From Spirochaetia bacterium (GTDB taxonomy: Bacteria > Spirochaetota > Spirochaetia > WTKD01 > G963693115), in assembly GCA_965226055.1 (NCBI GenBank), contig CBDDCA010000005.1, positions 288,001-352,000 of the forward strand: a stretch of 64,000 nucleotides of DNA, written 5' to 3'. Each line of letters starts with the position of its first letter. The stretch's first letter is position 1. Below, one piece after another: positions 1-10,729 of the stretch. The notes below the pieces were generated by a model. The model saw only the letters and a program-made list of their open reading frames with translations. It was not told where the DNA came from and ran no database searches. The position numbers were made by a program, and so were the translations under genes.

Positions 1-1
1 A

Positions 2-1762
2 ATTAAAGACACAACGCATTTATCCCTTATCATAGATTTTTCTAAAAAAAGAAATCATATAATGGATATAGCAATGGCTGTTTCTTCTTTAGAAGTATTA
101 CCTAACAATCATTTTTGGGTAATACGAAGTGCTTTTTCCTATGATAAATTGCGCGCAAAAGTATTAGAATCACCACAGTGGGTATTAAAATGTATCTTAA
201 AAAGTCTCGGGTCAGCAGATATGAAAACCATTAAAGCTGAACTGGTGCCTGATATTCTTTCTTTGCAAGAATGGACATCATGGAGTACAAAAGCCAGAAA
301 AATATTAAATACTAATCAACATTTTGGCATACTGCCAACAAAAATAGATCATTTTATATTCTCAGATATTGCAGTAAGCCCTATGGAAAAGTATCATAAA
401 TTGATGCAAATAGAAGATCGATTTGTTGGAAAAATAAAATTATTTAGAAAAGCACTTGAGACATTAAAAAATAGTAAAGAAAAAAATGATATAGAATCTT
501 TCTGGCGTATGTTTGATTACTTTTATTCCTATATTCAAGATTCTAATAACCCTTATGATGCACACTATATTTATGCCCTTTTCTTATGTGAAGAATCATC
601 AAAGGTTACTCAATCATCTGCACGTACTGTAACACTTCCTATGGAAACAGTATTCACTTCATTAGAGCTAAATGACTTAAAAGATATATTACAGGAAATA
701 AAAATAACAGATTACAAGCTGCTCCTTTTTGAAAAACTCAGACAATATAAAGAAGATTGGGAAAATTTTTATCTTAACCTTTTTCCTTACTTTCCTAACG
801 AGACATTATTACAGAGACTACACCAAGATAATAAAAAAGAGTTATTAAAGAAAATATATCTTAAAATATATAATAATGCTTTAGAATTTAAAGAAGCATT
901 TATTTGGTTTACTATTTCCTTAAAAGAAAAAGCTTGGTTACAAACACTTTCTGAAGATATAAAAATTTACTCTAATTTATTACGTATTGCCATAACTTTG
1001 TTACGCGATATAACAAACAAAAGAGATGTTCCTGTCAATAAACGCTACTTACAACTGATTCAAAATTTTATGTTTAAGCAAGAAAATCTCCCTACTGCGT
1101 TTGAATCATTTACCGAACAAGAGACAACCTATATGTATTCGTTACTGAGTCAGTTAAACGATATTTTTCCCAATAAAGTACTTCACATTCGAGAACAAAT
1201 TCTTGTTCGTTTTCCTAATTTTGAATTTAATGATAAGTTTGCGTACAATGAATCAACAAATAGCGGATTTCTTGCTACCGAACAACAATACAAAGAAAAA
1301 CAACGTGAGCTTATAAAGATACAAGAAACAGATATACCTACAAATAGTAAAGAAATAGAAAAAGCACGTTCTTTTGGTGATTTACGCGAAAATGCAGAGT
1401 ATAAAGCTGCACTTGAACATCAAAGTAATCTTAATAATAGAATACATCAGCTTACACAAGAGCTTGAACAAGCCCGTGTATTTAACTTAAATAATGTCAA
1501 TAATTCTACCGTAAGTTTTGGCACAAAAGTATTATTGGAAGAACAGCAGGAAGATGGAGTAAGCAAAACAAATGAGTTTATCATCCTCGGACCTTGGGAA
1601 TCTAATCCTGAAAAAGGTATTATTTCATATCTTTCCCCTTTTGGACAAAAGTTATATAAACACAAAAAAGATGAAGTTTGCGAATTTTCTATCAATAATA
1701 CTAAACGCATTATTAAAATTCTTGATATTCAAAAACTTGATAATTCTGTGCCATATGTATAA
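2..1762 (+). CDS. greA: Transcription elongation factor GreA, long spirochaete/chlamydial type (5' end lies outside the window)
   Basis: C-terminal ARSFGDLRENAEYKAA and ISYLSPFG motifs. The frame is open from base 2, so the ATG at 62 is probably internal. Confidence 0.92.
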   Translation: MKDTTHLSLIIDFSKKRNHIMDIAMAVSSLEVLPNNHFWVIRSAFSYDKLRAKVLESPQWVLKCILKSLGSADMKTIKAELVPDILSLQEWTSWSTKARKILNTNQHFGILPTKIDHFIFSDIAVSPMEKYHKLMQIEDRFVGKIKLFRKALETLKNSKEKNDIESFWRMFDYFYSYIQDSNNPYDAHYIYALFLCEESSKVTQSSARTVTLPMETVFTSLELNDLKDILQEIKITDYKLLLFEKLRQYKEDWENFYLNLFPYFPNETLLQRLHQDNKKELLKKIYLKIYNNALEFKEAFIWFTISLKEKAWLQTLSEDIKIYSNLLRIAITLLRDITNKRDVPVNKRYLQLIQNFMFKQENLPTAFESFTEQETTYMYSLLSQLNDIFPNKVLHIREQILVRFPNFEFNDKFAYNESTNSGFLATEQQYKEKQRELIKIQETDIPTNSKEIEKARSFGDLRENAEYKAALEHQSNLNNRIHQLTQELEQARVFNLNNVNNSTVSFGTKVLLEEQQEDGVSKTNEFIILGPWESNPEKGIISYLSPFGQKLYKHKKDEVCEFSINNTKRIIKILDIQKLDNSVPYV

Positions 1763-1774
1763 AAGAAACCTATA

Positions 1775-1811
1775 CAAATACTCTACACATTAGTGTAGAG
1801 TATTTGCTTTC
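1775..1811. terminator. Intrinsic terminator between convergent greA and the HEAT-repeat gene
   Basis: 14-bp perfect stem caaatactctacac/gtgtagagtatttg with a 4-nt loop, followed by ctttc. Confidence 0.8.
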
Positions 1812-1838
1812 TCCTTTCATTATAGTTGTGTAATGTAA

Positions 1839-3563
1839 TTATGGAGTAGAAAGCAGTTCTGATACTTGTGCGGCACGAATTCTCACCTTTCCTGATTTTG
1901 TACGGTCTCTGCTTAATGCTTTTACATAGCTTGATAGACTGTACATTCTATTTCTGGCAATAAGATTTAATGTATTGTACACTACTTGAGAATCATCACT
2001 GCGTACAAGAACGAGAGCAAGCGTAACAAGAGAATCATTGCTATATTGAGAGGCTATTTCTGACAATACCTGTAACACATATGAAAATCGTTTCTCAATA
2101 AGTGTAGTACTCAATGTTACTATAGGGTCTATGGTATCTAAGTCATCCATTTTTTCAAAAGCAAGCGTGAGTATAGCACGGTTCTTTGCATTTATACTTT
2201 GAATATTTTTTATTTGTGTAAGCAGATACGCTTTCCCTTCATCACGACTTTCTAAGGTAACATATATTTCAAGTGCTTCTGCTTGTACCTCAGTACTGGG
2301 ATCAGTTTCTATCATAAAAGGAAAAAAATCGAGATTTTGTATGACCATAGGAGTTTCATCAAGCATATTTTTTACTGCTTTTAGTGTTGCTATTCTTACA
2401 TCACTTTCATTGTCACGAATTCCGTTTAATAGCCATGTTTCAATATCTATATTGTCATATACATCTGCTTCTTTTATATTTGTAAGGCTTACAAATACTG
2501 CTTGTCGAATAGCCACCTGTTCACTACTGCGTAATGTGTCAAACAACTGTATTATTTTTTCTTCAATCTCTTTGTTAGGGTACTTTTCAAATTCACCGAG
2601 TGCTTTTAAGGCAGCCACTCGTAAAGATGTTGTTGCTCCATCATCTTCTGCAATTCCAATCAAGCTATCAATCATATTATATGCTTGTATCTTTCCTAAC
2701 ACCTGTAACATTGCGCCTTTAATAGATTGCACAGTAGTGGTATCGTAATATTCCTGCAGCGTTTGTGAATAGAGCTGTGGTGATGCTGTTACTGTTGTAG
2801 TTGTGTCTTCCGTAAGAATAATGGTATTATCAAACTGTTCTTCTTTCACTTTTACTTCTGTAATACTCATAGCTATTTCAGGATCGTAGGCAACATCTTT
2901 TTCCGAATAAAGAAAAGGCACTAACTCTAACGCTGCTAAAATAGTACCTACATGATCAGATTCAATAATCCCATTGATATAATCTAACAATGCTCTCACT
3001 TGCTGTTCGTCAAGTTCTTCACTAAAATCCTGTAGATAAAATATAGCTTGCTGAACGAGTCGTGTATTCTCTTCAATATAGCGCGATACAACAGTAAGCG
3101 CATACGGTATTGCTTGTTTACTCTTAAAATAACGAAAATAATCTAAGCCTGCTAGCCGAACTTCGTCACTGCTACTGGTACTCATACGCTGTAGTATTTC
3201 ATCACTAAACTGGTCAGTGTTAAGCTGTTTTACTGTATTGATTGCTTCTGCAACAGCACTATCTACACCATATTCCAATGTTTTTTGTATAGCTTCAAGT
3301 CCTTCTAATGGTTCACCAATGTTACTTTCGGTACTCTCCTCTGCTTCTGTTTCTATTTCTGTCGTATCTTCTTCTATGAAAAGAGGCTCACTAACGACTG
3401 TTCGCTGAATCTCTTGAGTTTCTTGCTGTGACTCTACCTGTGCATACCCTTGCATCACCAGTACAGAACAAAAAAACACACACAGAACAGTACTTGAAAT
3501 CGTCCGCATCCTGTTCCAAAAAGAAAAATATCTCAACAGAGAAGAAACACACAAAGAAATCAT
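1839..3563 (-). CDS. Exported HEAT-repeat protein
   Basis: Signal-like N-terminus; repeated VRLAGL / LRVAALKALG / IRQAVF / VRIATLKAV helical pairs. The start may be the Met at 3509. Confidence 0.7.
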   Translation of the reverse strand: MISLCVSSLLRYFSFWNRMRTISSTVLCVFFCSVLVMQGYAQVESQQETQEIQRTVVSEPLFIEEDTTEIETEAEESTESNIGEPLEGLEAIQKTLEYGVDSAVAEAINTVKQLNTDQFSDEILQRMSTSSSDEVRLAGLDYFRYFKSKQAIPYALTVVSRYIEENTRLVQQAIFYLQDFSEELDEQQVRALLDYINGIIESDHVGTILAALELVPFLYSEKDVAYDPEIAMSITEVKVKEEQFDNTIILTEDTTTTVTASPQLYSQTLQEYYDTTTVQSIKGAMLQVLGKIQAYNMIDSLIGIAEDDGATTSLRVAALKALGEFEKYPNKEIEEKIIQLFDTLRSSEQVAIRQAVFVSLTNIKEADVYDNIDIETWLLNGIRDNESDVRIATLKAVKNMLDETPMVIQNLDFFPFMIETDPSTEVQAEALEIYVTLESRDEGKAYLLTQIKNIQSINAKNRAILTLAFEKMDDLDTIDPIVTLSTTLIEKRFSYVLQVLSEIASQYSNDSLVTLALVLVRSDDSQVVYNTLNLIARNRMYSLSSYVKALSRDRTKSGKVRIRAAQVSELLSTP

Positions 3564-3564
3564 A

Positions 3565-5112
3565 CTAATTACTCACGCGTTTTCTTGCTTTTAGAGCAGA
3601 AAAAATATCTATCCCTAACAATCTGTATCCTCCCCAAATACAAAGAAGAGAGATAACACAAATTACTAAAAATACACTACTGTTAAGCCAAGTGCTTCCT
3701 GCAAACCACATTTCTGCAGTATAGAGAGAACATACAAATGATACAACAATCAAAGGGAGAGAGGCTATCATTACTTTTATTCCTTTCTTTACAATATACG
3801 ATAGAGACACATACGATGAGATGGATATATACATCAAAGGAATAATACAGAACAAAGATATACCATATGCATAGGCAATTCCTTCTATTCGTAATACGGT
3901 ATTTGCGAGAAAAAATGAGAGTGCTAAATCAATAATACAAAAAATACTCACAAAAAGCAACACTAACTTATATCTCAACATTGCATACAATATTCTTTGA
4001 AAAAATAAATACCCTCCTAGCAAAGGCAGGCTCATTCCATAAATTCTTACAATTCTTGCAACAAGGTATGCAGCTTCAGGTCCCAATGCTCCCCTTTGAA
4101 TAGCTAATGATACTCCTGCATGGGCATAAAAAAAGAACAAAATTGATATAGGAACAGTGATAATGAGTAAGTTATTGATAGTATTCTTTATGCATTCTTT
4201 TAGCTCTTGTACACGATTATCTTCATATGCACTTACTAAATATACAAAAGCGACAGAGGTAATAGAGTTGATACATATTCCTATAGGCAGCTGCCAAAAG
4301 ACAATAGCATATCCTAGTAAAGAGCTATCCCCTACTTCTAGCTTACTGCTCAGATAAAAGATAATTTGCTGACTTATCACAGTAAGCAATACTGCAAAAA
4401 TCGAAGGTGCATAGCGCTGAAATACAAGCCGAATCTCTTTTGATGGCAACAAAGAATGTACTTTTGGAATAACTGCATATCCCATGTTCATCAACGGAAT
4501 GATGAGCAGTAGTACTTGAAGCAATGATCCTAGCAGAAATCCAACTGCTACCGCATATATCCCTAGCGTGTCATGAAAAAAAAATATACATATGATCACC
4601 AACAAAGAGTGAAGCATAGGGGAAATAGCAACAAGAACAAATTTTTTATGTGTCTGCAATAAGCCCGATAAAATAACACTTATAGTAATAAAAAAGAGAA
4701 ATGGAATAACTAACGAAAATAGCGTTGCTGCTTTTGATGCTTCTTCTGCAGAATTCCATTGAAAGAAAAAAGAAATAAGCTGTGGAGAGAAAAATGCTAG
4801 TAATGCAGTAATTGCTGCGGTGATAATTCCAATATAACATAATAACTCAGAAAAAAACGCTTGCGAACGTGCATTGCTTTTTGTAGAATCTTGTACTGTT
4901 ACCTTAAATACAGACATATAGGCATTACTGAGGCTTCCTTCGGCAAATATTTTTCTTAAATTGTTAGGGATAGTAAGTATTCTATTCAAAATATCGGCAT
5001 CACTTGTTACTCCAAAATAAGCACTTATAAAAGATATACGAATGAGACCAAATATCCTTGAGATAAGAGTAAAAAATGCAACATAGATAGATGATTTATT
5101 CTGCTGTTCCAT
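3565..5112 (-). CDS. murJ: Lipid II flippase MurJ
   Basis: SRIFGLIR and PNNLRKIFAEGSLS motifs, many TM segments. Start reassigned to MEQQ (5112) to avoid overlap with the upstream gene. Confidence 0.9.
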   Translation of the reverse strand: MEQQNKSSIYVAFFTLISRIFGLIRISFISAYFGVTSDADILNRILTIPNNLRKIFAEGSLSNAYMSVFKVTVQDSTKSNARSQAFFSELLCYIGIITAAITALLAFFSPQLISFFFQWNSAEEASKAATLFSLVIPFLFFITISVILSGLLQTHKKFVLVAISPMLHSLLVIICIFFFHDTLGIYAVAVGFLLGSLLQVLLLIIPLMNMGYAVIPKVHSLLPSKEIRLVFQRYAPSIFAVLLTVISQQIIFYLSSKLEVGDSSLLGYAIVFWQLPIGICINSITSVAFVYLVSAYEDNRVQELKECIKNTINNLLIITVPISILFFFYAHAGVSLAIQRGALGPEAAYLVARIVRIYGMSLPLLGGYLFFQRILYAMLRYKLVLLFVSIFCIIDLALSFFLANTVLRIEGIAYAYGISLFCIIPLMYISISSYVSLSYIVKKGIKVMIASLPLIVVSFVCSLYTAEMWFAGSTWLNSSVFLVICVISLLCIWGGYRLLGIDIFSALKARKRVSN

Positions 5113-5125
5113 ATATCTATTGTTA

Positions 5126-6208
5126 TTATCGTATGAAAAACCTGTATGATAACCACGAAATGAATAAAGTAACCGTAAAACCAAACCAAGCACCTATAAT
5201 TGGCGATAAATAACCTTTTGCTGCAAGTATATTACCAAGCAAATCTGAGAAATAATATACTATAGAGATAGTTACTGCTGTCAACAAACTGAGTAATAAC
5301 GCATTTTTCTTAAACAAATTACCTGATATACATGCCATAATCATAACTATAAAAGGACTCAGAGCAAGTGGTAAACGAGAATAGGTGTCAGTAAGCAATT
5401 TTCTATATGATAAACCTCTTTCTTTTAGTTCATTGATATAATCAAGTGCATCAAAATATCTCAATTCATCGACATTGCTCACTACTTTTTGAAAGAACCG
5501 AGGCTCCATATTTAATGATTCATTGGTATAGGTATCTTTATTTTCCAGATGAACTTCTTTATAAATAGGATCGTATGTGTATATTTTCACATCCTTGAAT
5601 ACCCACAAGTTACCGTTCCAATTAGCATATGTTGCATCAATTCTTTCTTCAAGAATATTATCTTCGGTAGTGCGTACAAGAATAATATCATTAAGCTGCT
5701 GTTCAACATCATTATAAAATTCGGCATAATAAATAATTTTTCCCCCGTCCTGTAAAATAGAAACTTGATTATTACTCTTTTCTATCTCTTGATTGAGTAA
5801 GGTGCGTTTTAGCTCATTTTTTTGCCGAAATGTATCAATCACTACCCTCTCTTGAAACAAAAAGAGCAGTATGCTCAACACTCCTCCTATTATCAATAGA
5901 GGAATAACAAAACGAAACAGTGAAATACCTGATGAGTATAAGGTAATAAGCTCGTTATTAGCATTAAGCTGAGCAAGCGAAAAAGTAATAGAAAATAAAA
6001 TAGCTATAGGGAGAGCATAGGACATACTGGTAGGAATATAGAGCGACTGCACTCTCACAATGGTAATAACAGGTACATTAAGAAAGAGGTACTTGATGAG
6101 ATCTTGAATAAGATCCATTGTGAGTAAAAAAAAAGAAAACATCATAAAAGAAACTATGAGCGAAGAAAGAACTGAACGAATAGCGTATCTATGAATGATA
6201 GAAATCAT
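5126..6208 (-). CDS. LptF/LptG family permease (LptG-like)
   Basis: 3 TM + periplasmic domain + 3 TM layout with NELITLYSSGIS motif. Start at 6208 overlaps the upstream stop (TAATG). Confidence 0.85.
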   Translation of the reverse strand: MISIIHRYAIRSVLSSLIVSFMMFSFFLLTMDLIQDLIKYLFLNVPVITIVRVQSLYIPTSMSYALPIAILFSITFSLAQLNANNELITLYSSGISLFRFVIPLLIIGGVLSILLFLFQERVVIDTFRQKNELKRTLLNQEIEKSNNQVSILQDGGKIIYYAEFYNDVEQQLNDIILVRTTEDNILEERIDATYANWNGNLWVFKDVKIYTYDPIYKEVHLENKDTYTNESLNMEPRFFQKVVSNVDELRYFDALDYINELKERGLSYRKLLTDTYSRLPLALSPFIVMIMACISGNLFKKNALLLSLLTAVTISIVYYFSDLLGNILAAKGYLSPIIGAWFGFTVTLFISWLSYRFFIR

Positions 6209-7512
6209 TAGGAGCGTCTCCGAGCGTAGAGTAAAAATAATGATATTACAAAAATAATAGCAAGTGGATACCACATCATAAAAGCAGCTGAAATATCATT
6301 TGTTGCTCCTATTGTCTGATTGATAACATTGATTAACCAATATAAAAAGGAAGCACTAATACCAATACCAAAGCCTGTAGTTCTTCCACTTCGCTTTGAA
6401 AACAATCCAATAGGAAATGCTATACATATAAATACTACTACCGCAAAAGGTTCTGATAATTTTTTATGGTATACCACACTATTTATTTGATAACTTCGCT
6501 TAAATATAGGAGTTTCCGCTAAGGTATGATAGCGTGTGAGAAATTGCGTATATACTTGCGTAGGAATGTACTGAGTATACACATCGGGAGCATTGAGTAC
6601 TATTCCTGCTTGTTGAGAATACAGGGATACTGCAGTGCCTAATGATATGTTCATATTTTTTTCTTGCTCATCAATAGCGGGCTGTAAACTTTGTTCTCGC
6701 TCTTTTTCTACCTCTTGCTGTAAATCGCTGATACTCTTTTGATTAGCATTTATTGACTGTACTTCTGTGGTAAGATCTTTTACCAATAAATTATAAGTCA
6801 AACCTCTTGCTTGCAAGTACGAGTATTCTTGAGGTTTCTCTTCTCTACTAACACTGACAACATCTTTTAAGGACAGTGATAGTACTCCTTTTCGTTGATC
6901 ACCAATAAGCTCAGCAGTATCAGCAGAAATAATACGACTATTTCCATCGTTATCTTGATCTATAATAACTAAGCCTTGTATATCATTATCCGTTACTGAC
7001 TTAGTAACAATAATATTATCTTGATAGCGCTTTACAGAGTTTTGATCAAGCTCTAATTGAGGGCTTACAAACAACACTTTGCGATATTGTAATGACGCTT
7101 GTATAGATCCCCACGGCACTATAGCTTCAAGCATAAAAAAGGATATTGCCATAATAAAAAACGAAAAGAACACATAGGGAACAAACGACTGCAAAAAAGA
7201 AACTCCATTCGCTCTCATGGCAACAAACTCATTGCTTGATGAAAAACTTCCTACACTCATAAGACATGACACCAATGCAGCATACGGAATTGCCATTACT
7301 ATTACTTCGGGCATCCATAACAAAAACAGCTTAAATACTTCAAAAAAAGGAACTGATATTTGAAATATTTTCTTTGCAAGCAGTATAATTTGATTACCAA
7401 CAAAAACAAAAATAAAAAAAAGAAAAATAAGAAAAAAGGAGTAGATATAATCAACTAAAATATAAAGAGCAACCCTCATAGGGAATTTTGTTTTTACTGT
7501 AACGTTTTCCAT
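6208..7512 (-). CDS. LptF/LptG family permease (LptF-like)
   Basis: NEFVAMRANGVS and HKKLSEPF motifs; tandem with the second permease. Confidence 0.85.
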   Translation of the reverse strand: MENVTVKTKFPMRVALYILVDYIYSFFLIFLFFIFVFVGNQIILLAKKIFQISVPFFEVFKLFLLWMPEVIVMAIPYAALVSCLMSVGSFSSSNEFVAMRANGVSFLQSFVPYVFFSFFIMAISFFMLEAIVPWGSIQASLQYRKVLFVSPQLELDQNSVKRYQDNIIVTKSVTDNDIQGLVIIDQDNDGNSRIISADTAELIGDQRKGVLSLSLKDVVSVSREEKPQEYSYLQARGLTYNLLVKDLTTEVQSINANQKSISDLQQEVEKEREQSLQPAIDEQEKNMNISLGTAVSLYSQQAGIVLNAPDVYTQYIPTQVYTQFLTRYHTLAETPIFKRSYQINSVVYHKKLSEPFAVVVFICIAFPIGLFSKRSGRTTGFGIGISASFLYWLINVINQTIGATNDISAAFMMWYPLAIIFVISLFLLYARRRS

Positions 7513-7521
7513 ATATCCTAT

Positions 7522-7974
7522 CTATTGTTTATGAGTTCCACTAGAACCAAAGCCTTTTTCTCCTCTCTCTGTTACAGACAAGGAGCTTTGATGTTCAACA
7601 CGACAAAAATGTACTTGCAACACTGGACATATAACAAGCTGTGCAATACGTTCTAAAGGCATGATAGTGTACGGGGTGTCGCTTATATTCATCAAAGGTA
7701 TCTTAATTTCCCCTCTATAGTCACTATCTATCGTGCCAGGTGAATTTACGATAAGAATCCCATGCTTAAAAGATAGTCCAGATCGTGGCCGTACTTGCCC
7801 CTCGTATCCTACGGGTATCTCTACATATGTGCCAGTAGGCACTAGTATCCTTTGTTGAGGAGCAAGAATAAGTTCAGAATCAATACTGGCACAGAGGTCT
7901 GCCCCTGATGCTGTATGGCTTGCGTATACAGGCTCGTTACCAGCAAATGTTACACTTACACTGGTTTTCTTCAT
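7522..7974 (-). CDS. dut: dUTP diphosphatase
   Basis: SGADL, PRSGL, GTIDSDYRGE and RGEKGFGSSG motifs. Confidence 0.96.
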   Translation of the reverse strand: MKKTSVSVTFAGNEPVYASHTASGADLCASIDSELILAPQQRILVPTGTYVEIPVGYEGQVRPRSGLSFKHGILIVNSPGTIDSDYRGEIKIPLMNISDTPYTIMPLERIAQLVICPVLQVHFCRVEHQSSLSVTERGEKGFGSSGTHKQ

Positions 7975-7986
7975 CAGATTTTTTTA

Positions 7987-10155
7987 TTATCCTCTTCTAT
8001 CCCTATTGCGATTATTATCGTGTGAAAAATGCTTTTTTCTCTCTCTTCCTCTATCATTTCTATCGTATCTACTATTTCCATCTGCTACCCCACGTCCCGA
8101 CAACGCTAAATTAACACGCCCCATTCTATCTATTTCTATAATTTTCACTTTAATTTCCTGATTTATCTGCATAACATCATGAACAGAATCTATTTTTTCT
8201 CGTGACATTTTGCTTATATGACACAGCCCTTCTTTTCCTGGAAGAAACTCAATAAAAGCACCAAAGTCCATAATACGTTTTACAATACCATCATATTCCT
8301 TTCCAATTTCTGGTTCTTCTAATAATTTAAGAAAATTTTCCTTTGCTGCTTCTGCATCGTATGCATTTTTACTATAAATAGTAACAATTCCTGCATCATC
8401 AATATCTGTTTGTACTTGAAATTTCTCATTGATACCTTTAATTGTCTTTCCTCCTGATCCAATAAGCTGTCCTATCTTATCAGGATGCACATTAAACGAA
8501 ACTATACGCGGAGCAAACTCAGAAAGCTCTGTATTATGATGTTGCAGAGTATCATTCATAATCCCTAGTATATGCATTCTCCCTTCTTTTGCTTGATACA
8601 GTGCTTTTTTCATTATTTCGGCATCAATATTCTGTATTTTTATATCCATTTGAAAACCAGTAATACCATTTTCTGTTCCTGCTACCTTAAAGTCCATATC
8701 CCCAAGATGATCTTCTTCTCCAAGTATATCGGAAAGCACAACAAAATCATCTCCTTCTTTTACTAATCCCATTGCAATTCCTGCTATGGCTTTATCCAAC
8801 GGTACTCCCGCCTGCATAAGTGCTAAAGAACCAGAACATACAGTTGCCATAGAAGAAGAACCATTTGATTCTAGTACCTCAGAGACAATACGAACAGTAT
8901 AAGGAAATTGATCTTTTTTAGGCATTTTTGCAAGCAATGAGCGATGTGCAAGATGACCATGTCCAATTTCACGTCTTCCTGTCATGAGCCTTCCTACTTC
9001 TCCTACCGAAAAGGGAGGAAAATTATAATGCAGTAAAAAATTCTGTCTTCTATCTCCATCAATATCGTCAAACACTTGTTCATCCATAGATGTCCCTAAT
9101 GTAGCTACTGCTAAGGCTTGTGTTTCTCCACGAGTAAAAAGAGCGGAGCCATGTGTACGAGGTAAAATGTCTGTCTCACACTGTATAGGACGGATTTCTT
9201 CAGGACTCCGTCCATCCGAACGAATTTTACGTTCTACAATAGATTCTCTGATTATTTTTTGCTCTAAAGAATCCATTACTGCCTTAAAATGTTTTTCTTC
9301 CTCTTCTTTGAGCGTATCTGCAAAATGTTCCTTTGTATCAGAAATAACTGACTGGATAGCAGCGCTTCGCTCCATCTTTCCTTTTACAAAGCAGGCTGTT
9401 TCCATATCTGCAGTCGCGTAGTCTATGATTTCTTTCTCTAAAGCAAAAGGAGTGACTTCAATTAAAGGAAGTTTTTCTTTTCCTACTAAGGAAACAAGCT
9501 CAATCTGAGCATCACAAATTGACTTAATAACAGGATGTGCAAACTCAATAGCTTCAATAAACAATTCTTCACTTACTTCGCTTGCGCCCCCTTCTACCAT
9601 AGTGATTCCTTCTTTTGTGCCTGCAACCATTATTTCAAGCGTAGAGAGCTCAATTTGCTCAAATGTAGGGTTTGCAATAAACCCTTGTCCATCAATGTAA
9701 ATGACTCGTACTCCTGCAACTGGTCCATCAAATGGAATATCACTTACTACCACACTTGCTGAAGCAGCACAAATAGCGATAGCATCAGCAGGATGTACCT
9801 GATCTGCAGAAACAGTAGTGGGAATTACCTGTATTTCACGCTTAAAATTTTTAGAAAACAGCGGACGCATAGGTCTGTCAATAAGACGCGATACTAATAT
9901 TTCTTTGTCTTTTGGACGCCCTTCTCTTTTTATGAAACCACCAGGAATCTTCCCTGCTGCATAGTACTTTTCATTGTACTCTACCTGTAAGGGTACAAAA
10001 TCTAAATCTTCATTGACATTTGAAGAACAACATGCAGTAGAAAGTATTGATACACCTTCATAACTTGCAAATACTGATCCATTTGCTTGTCGTGCTAATT
10101 TTCCTACTTGGAATAGTAGGTCCTTTCCTCCTACATCTACCCGTATTTCTACCAT
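7987..10155 (-). CDS. pnp: Polyribonucleotide nucleotidyltransferase
   Basis: RLIDRPMRP, RREIGHG, ESNGSSSMA and DMDFKVAG motifs, with KH and S1 domains. Confidence 0.98.
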   Translation of the reverse strand: MVEIRVDVGGKDLLFQVGKLARQANGSVFASYEGVSILSTACCSSNVNEDLDFVPLQVEYNEKYYAAGKIPGGFIKREGRPKDKEILVSRLIDRPMRPLFSKNFKREIQVIPTTVSADQVHPADAIAICAASASVVVSDIPFDGPVAGVRVIYIDGQGFIANPTFEQIELSTLEIMVAGTKEGITMVEGGASEVSEELFIEAIEFAHPVIKSICDAQIELVSLVGKEKLPLIEVTPFALEKEIIDYATADMETACFVKGKMERSAAIQSVISDTKEHFADTLKEEEEKHFKAVMDSLEQKIIRESIVERKIRSDGRSPEEIRPIQCETDILPRTHGSALFTRGETQALAVATLGTSMDEQVFDDIDGDRRQNFLLHYNFPPFSVGEVGRLMTGRREIGHGHLAHRSLLAKMPKKDQFPYTVRIVSEVLESNGSSSMATVCSGSLALMQAGVPLDKAIAGIAMGLVKEGDDFVVLSDILGEEDHLGDMDFKVAGTENGITGFQMDIKIQNIDAEIMKKALYQAKEGRMHILGIMNDTLQHHNTELSEFAPRIVSFNVHPDKIGQLIGSGGKTIKGINEKFQVQTDIDDAGIVTIYSKNAYDAEAAKENFLKLLEEPEIGKEYDGIVKRIMDFGAFIEFLPGKEGLCHISKMSREKIDSVHDVMQINQEIKVKIIEIDRMGRVNLALSGRGVADGNSRYDRNDRGRERKKHFSHDNNRNRDRRG

Positions 10156-10232
10156 AAAAACCCCTTCATGTTAAACATGTATAATAATTTCTTTAAGATA
10201 TATAGTATGATTACTAAAAAAGACAAATATAA

Positions 10233-10523
10233 CTAATGACGTAGCCCCAGATCAGCGATAAGTTCTCTATATCCTGTCAAGTTTTTATCTTTATAATACT
10301 TAAGCATTTTTCTCCGTTTCCCTACCATTTTCAACAAAGCATTTGTATTAGAGTAGTCTTTTCTGTACTGCTTTAAGTGCTGAGAAAGATGATTTATCTT
10401 ATAGGTCAACAATGCTAGTTGTACTTTAATATTTCCTGTATCGTTAGCATTTTCACCATATTTAGATATGATATTTTGAATGCTTTCTTTTCTATTTGTG
10501 TGTATACCGTTTATTTCATTCAT
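10233..10523 (-). CDS. rpsO: 30S ribosomal protein S15
   Basis: DTG..VQLALLT..I..L..HL and LLKMVGKRRKML motifs; lies upstream of pnp. Confidence 0.93.
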   Translation of the reverse strand: MNEINGIHTNRKESIQNIISKYGENANDTGNIKVQLALLTYKINHLSQHLKQYRKDYSNTNALLKMVGKRRKMLKYYKDKNLTGYRELIADLGLRH

Positions 10524-10560
10524 TGAGACAATCTCCTAATAATAATCTGCTCCTATTATG

Positions 10561-10590
10561 ATTATACCCCTATACCATTAACAAAGTCAA
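10561..10590 (-). promoter_or_regulatory. Sigma70-type promoter of the rpsO-pnp operon
   Basis: TTGACT-N18-TATAAT on the minus strand, with a GGAG SD before rpsO. Confidence 0.65.
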
Positions 10591-10729
10591 TACATAGGGG
10601 AAATTTTTTTGGTGCAGAAGTAGGATGAGTACATCTTTGCTTGACTTATCCTTCTACTACAAATCAGTATAAGCAAGGCTTACTACAAAGGATGTTTGTG
10701 TAAAATAATGTATACCAATCTCAACAACA

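Noticed and set aside
10612-10660. Riboswitch or S15 leader upstream of rpsO
   Set aside because: The hairpin lies upstream of the predicted rpsO promoter and is better explained as the terminator of the Bdr-like gene.
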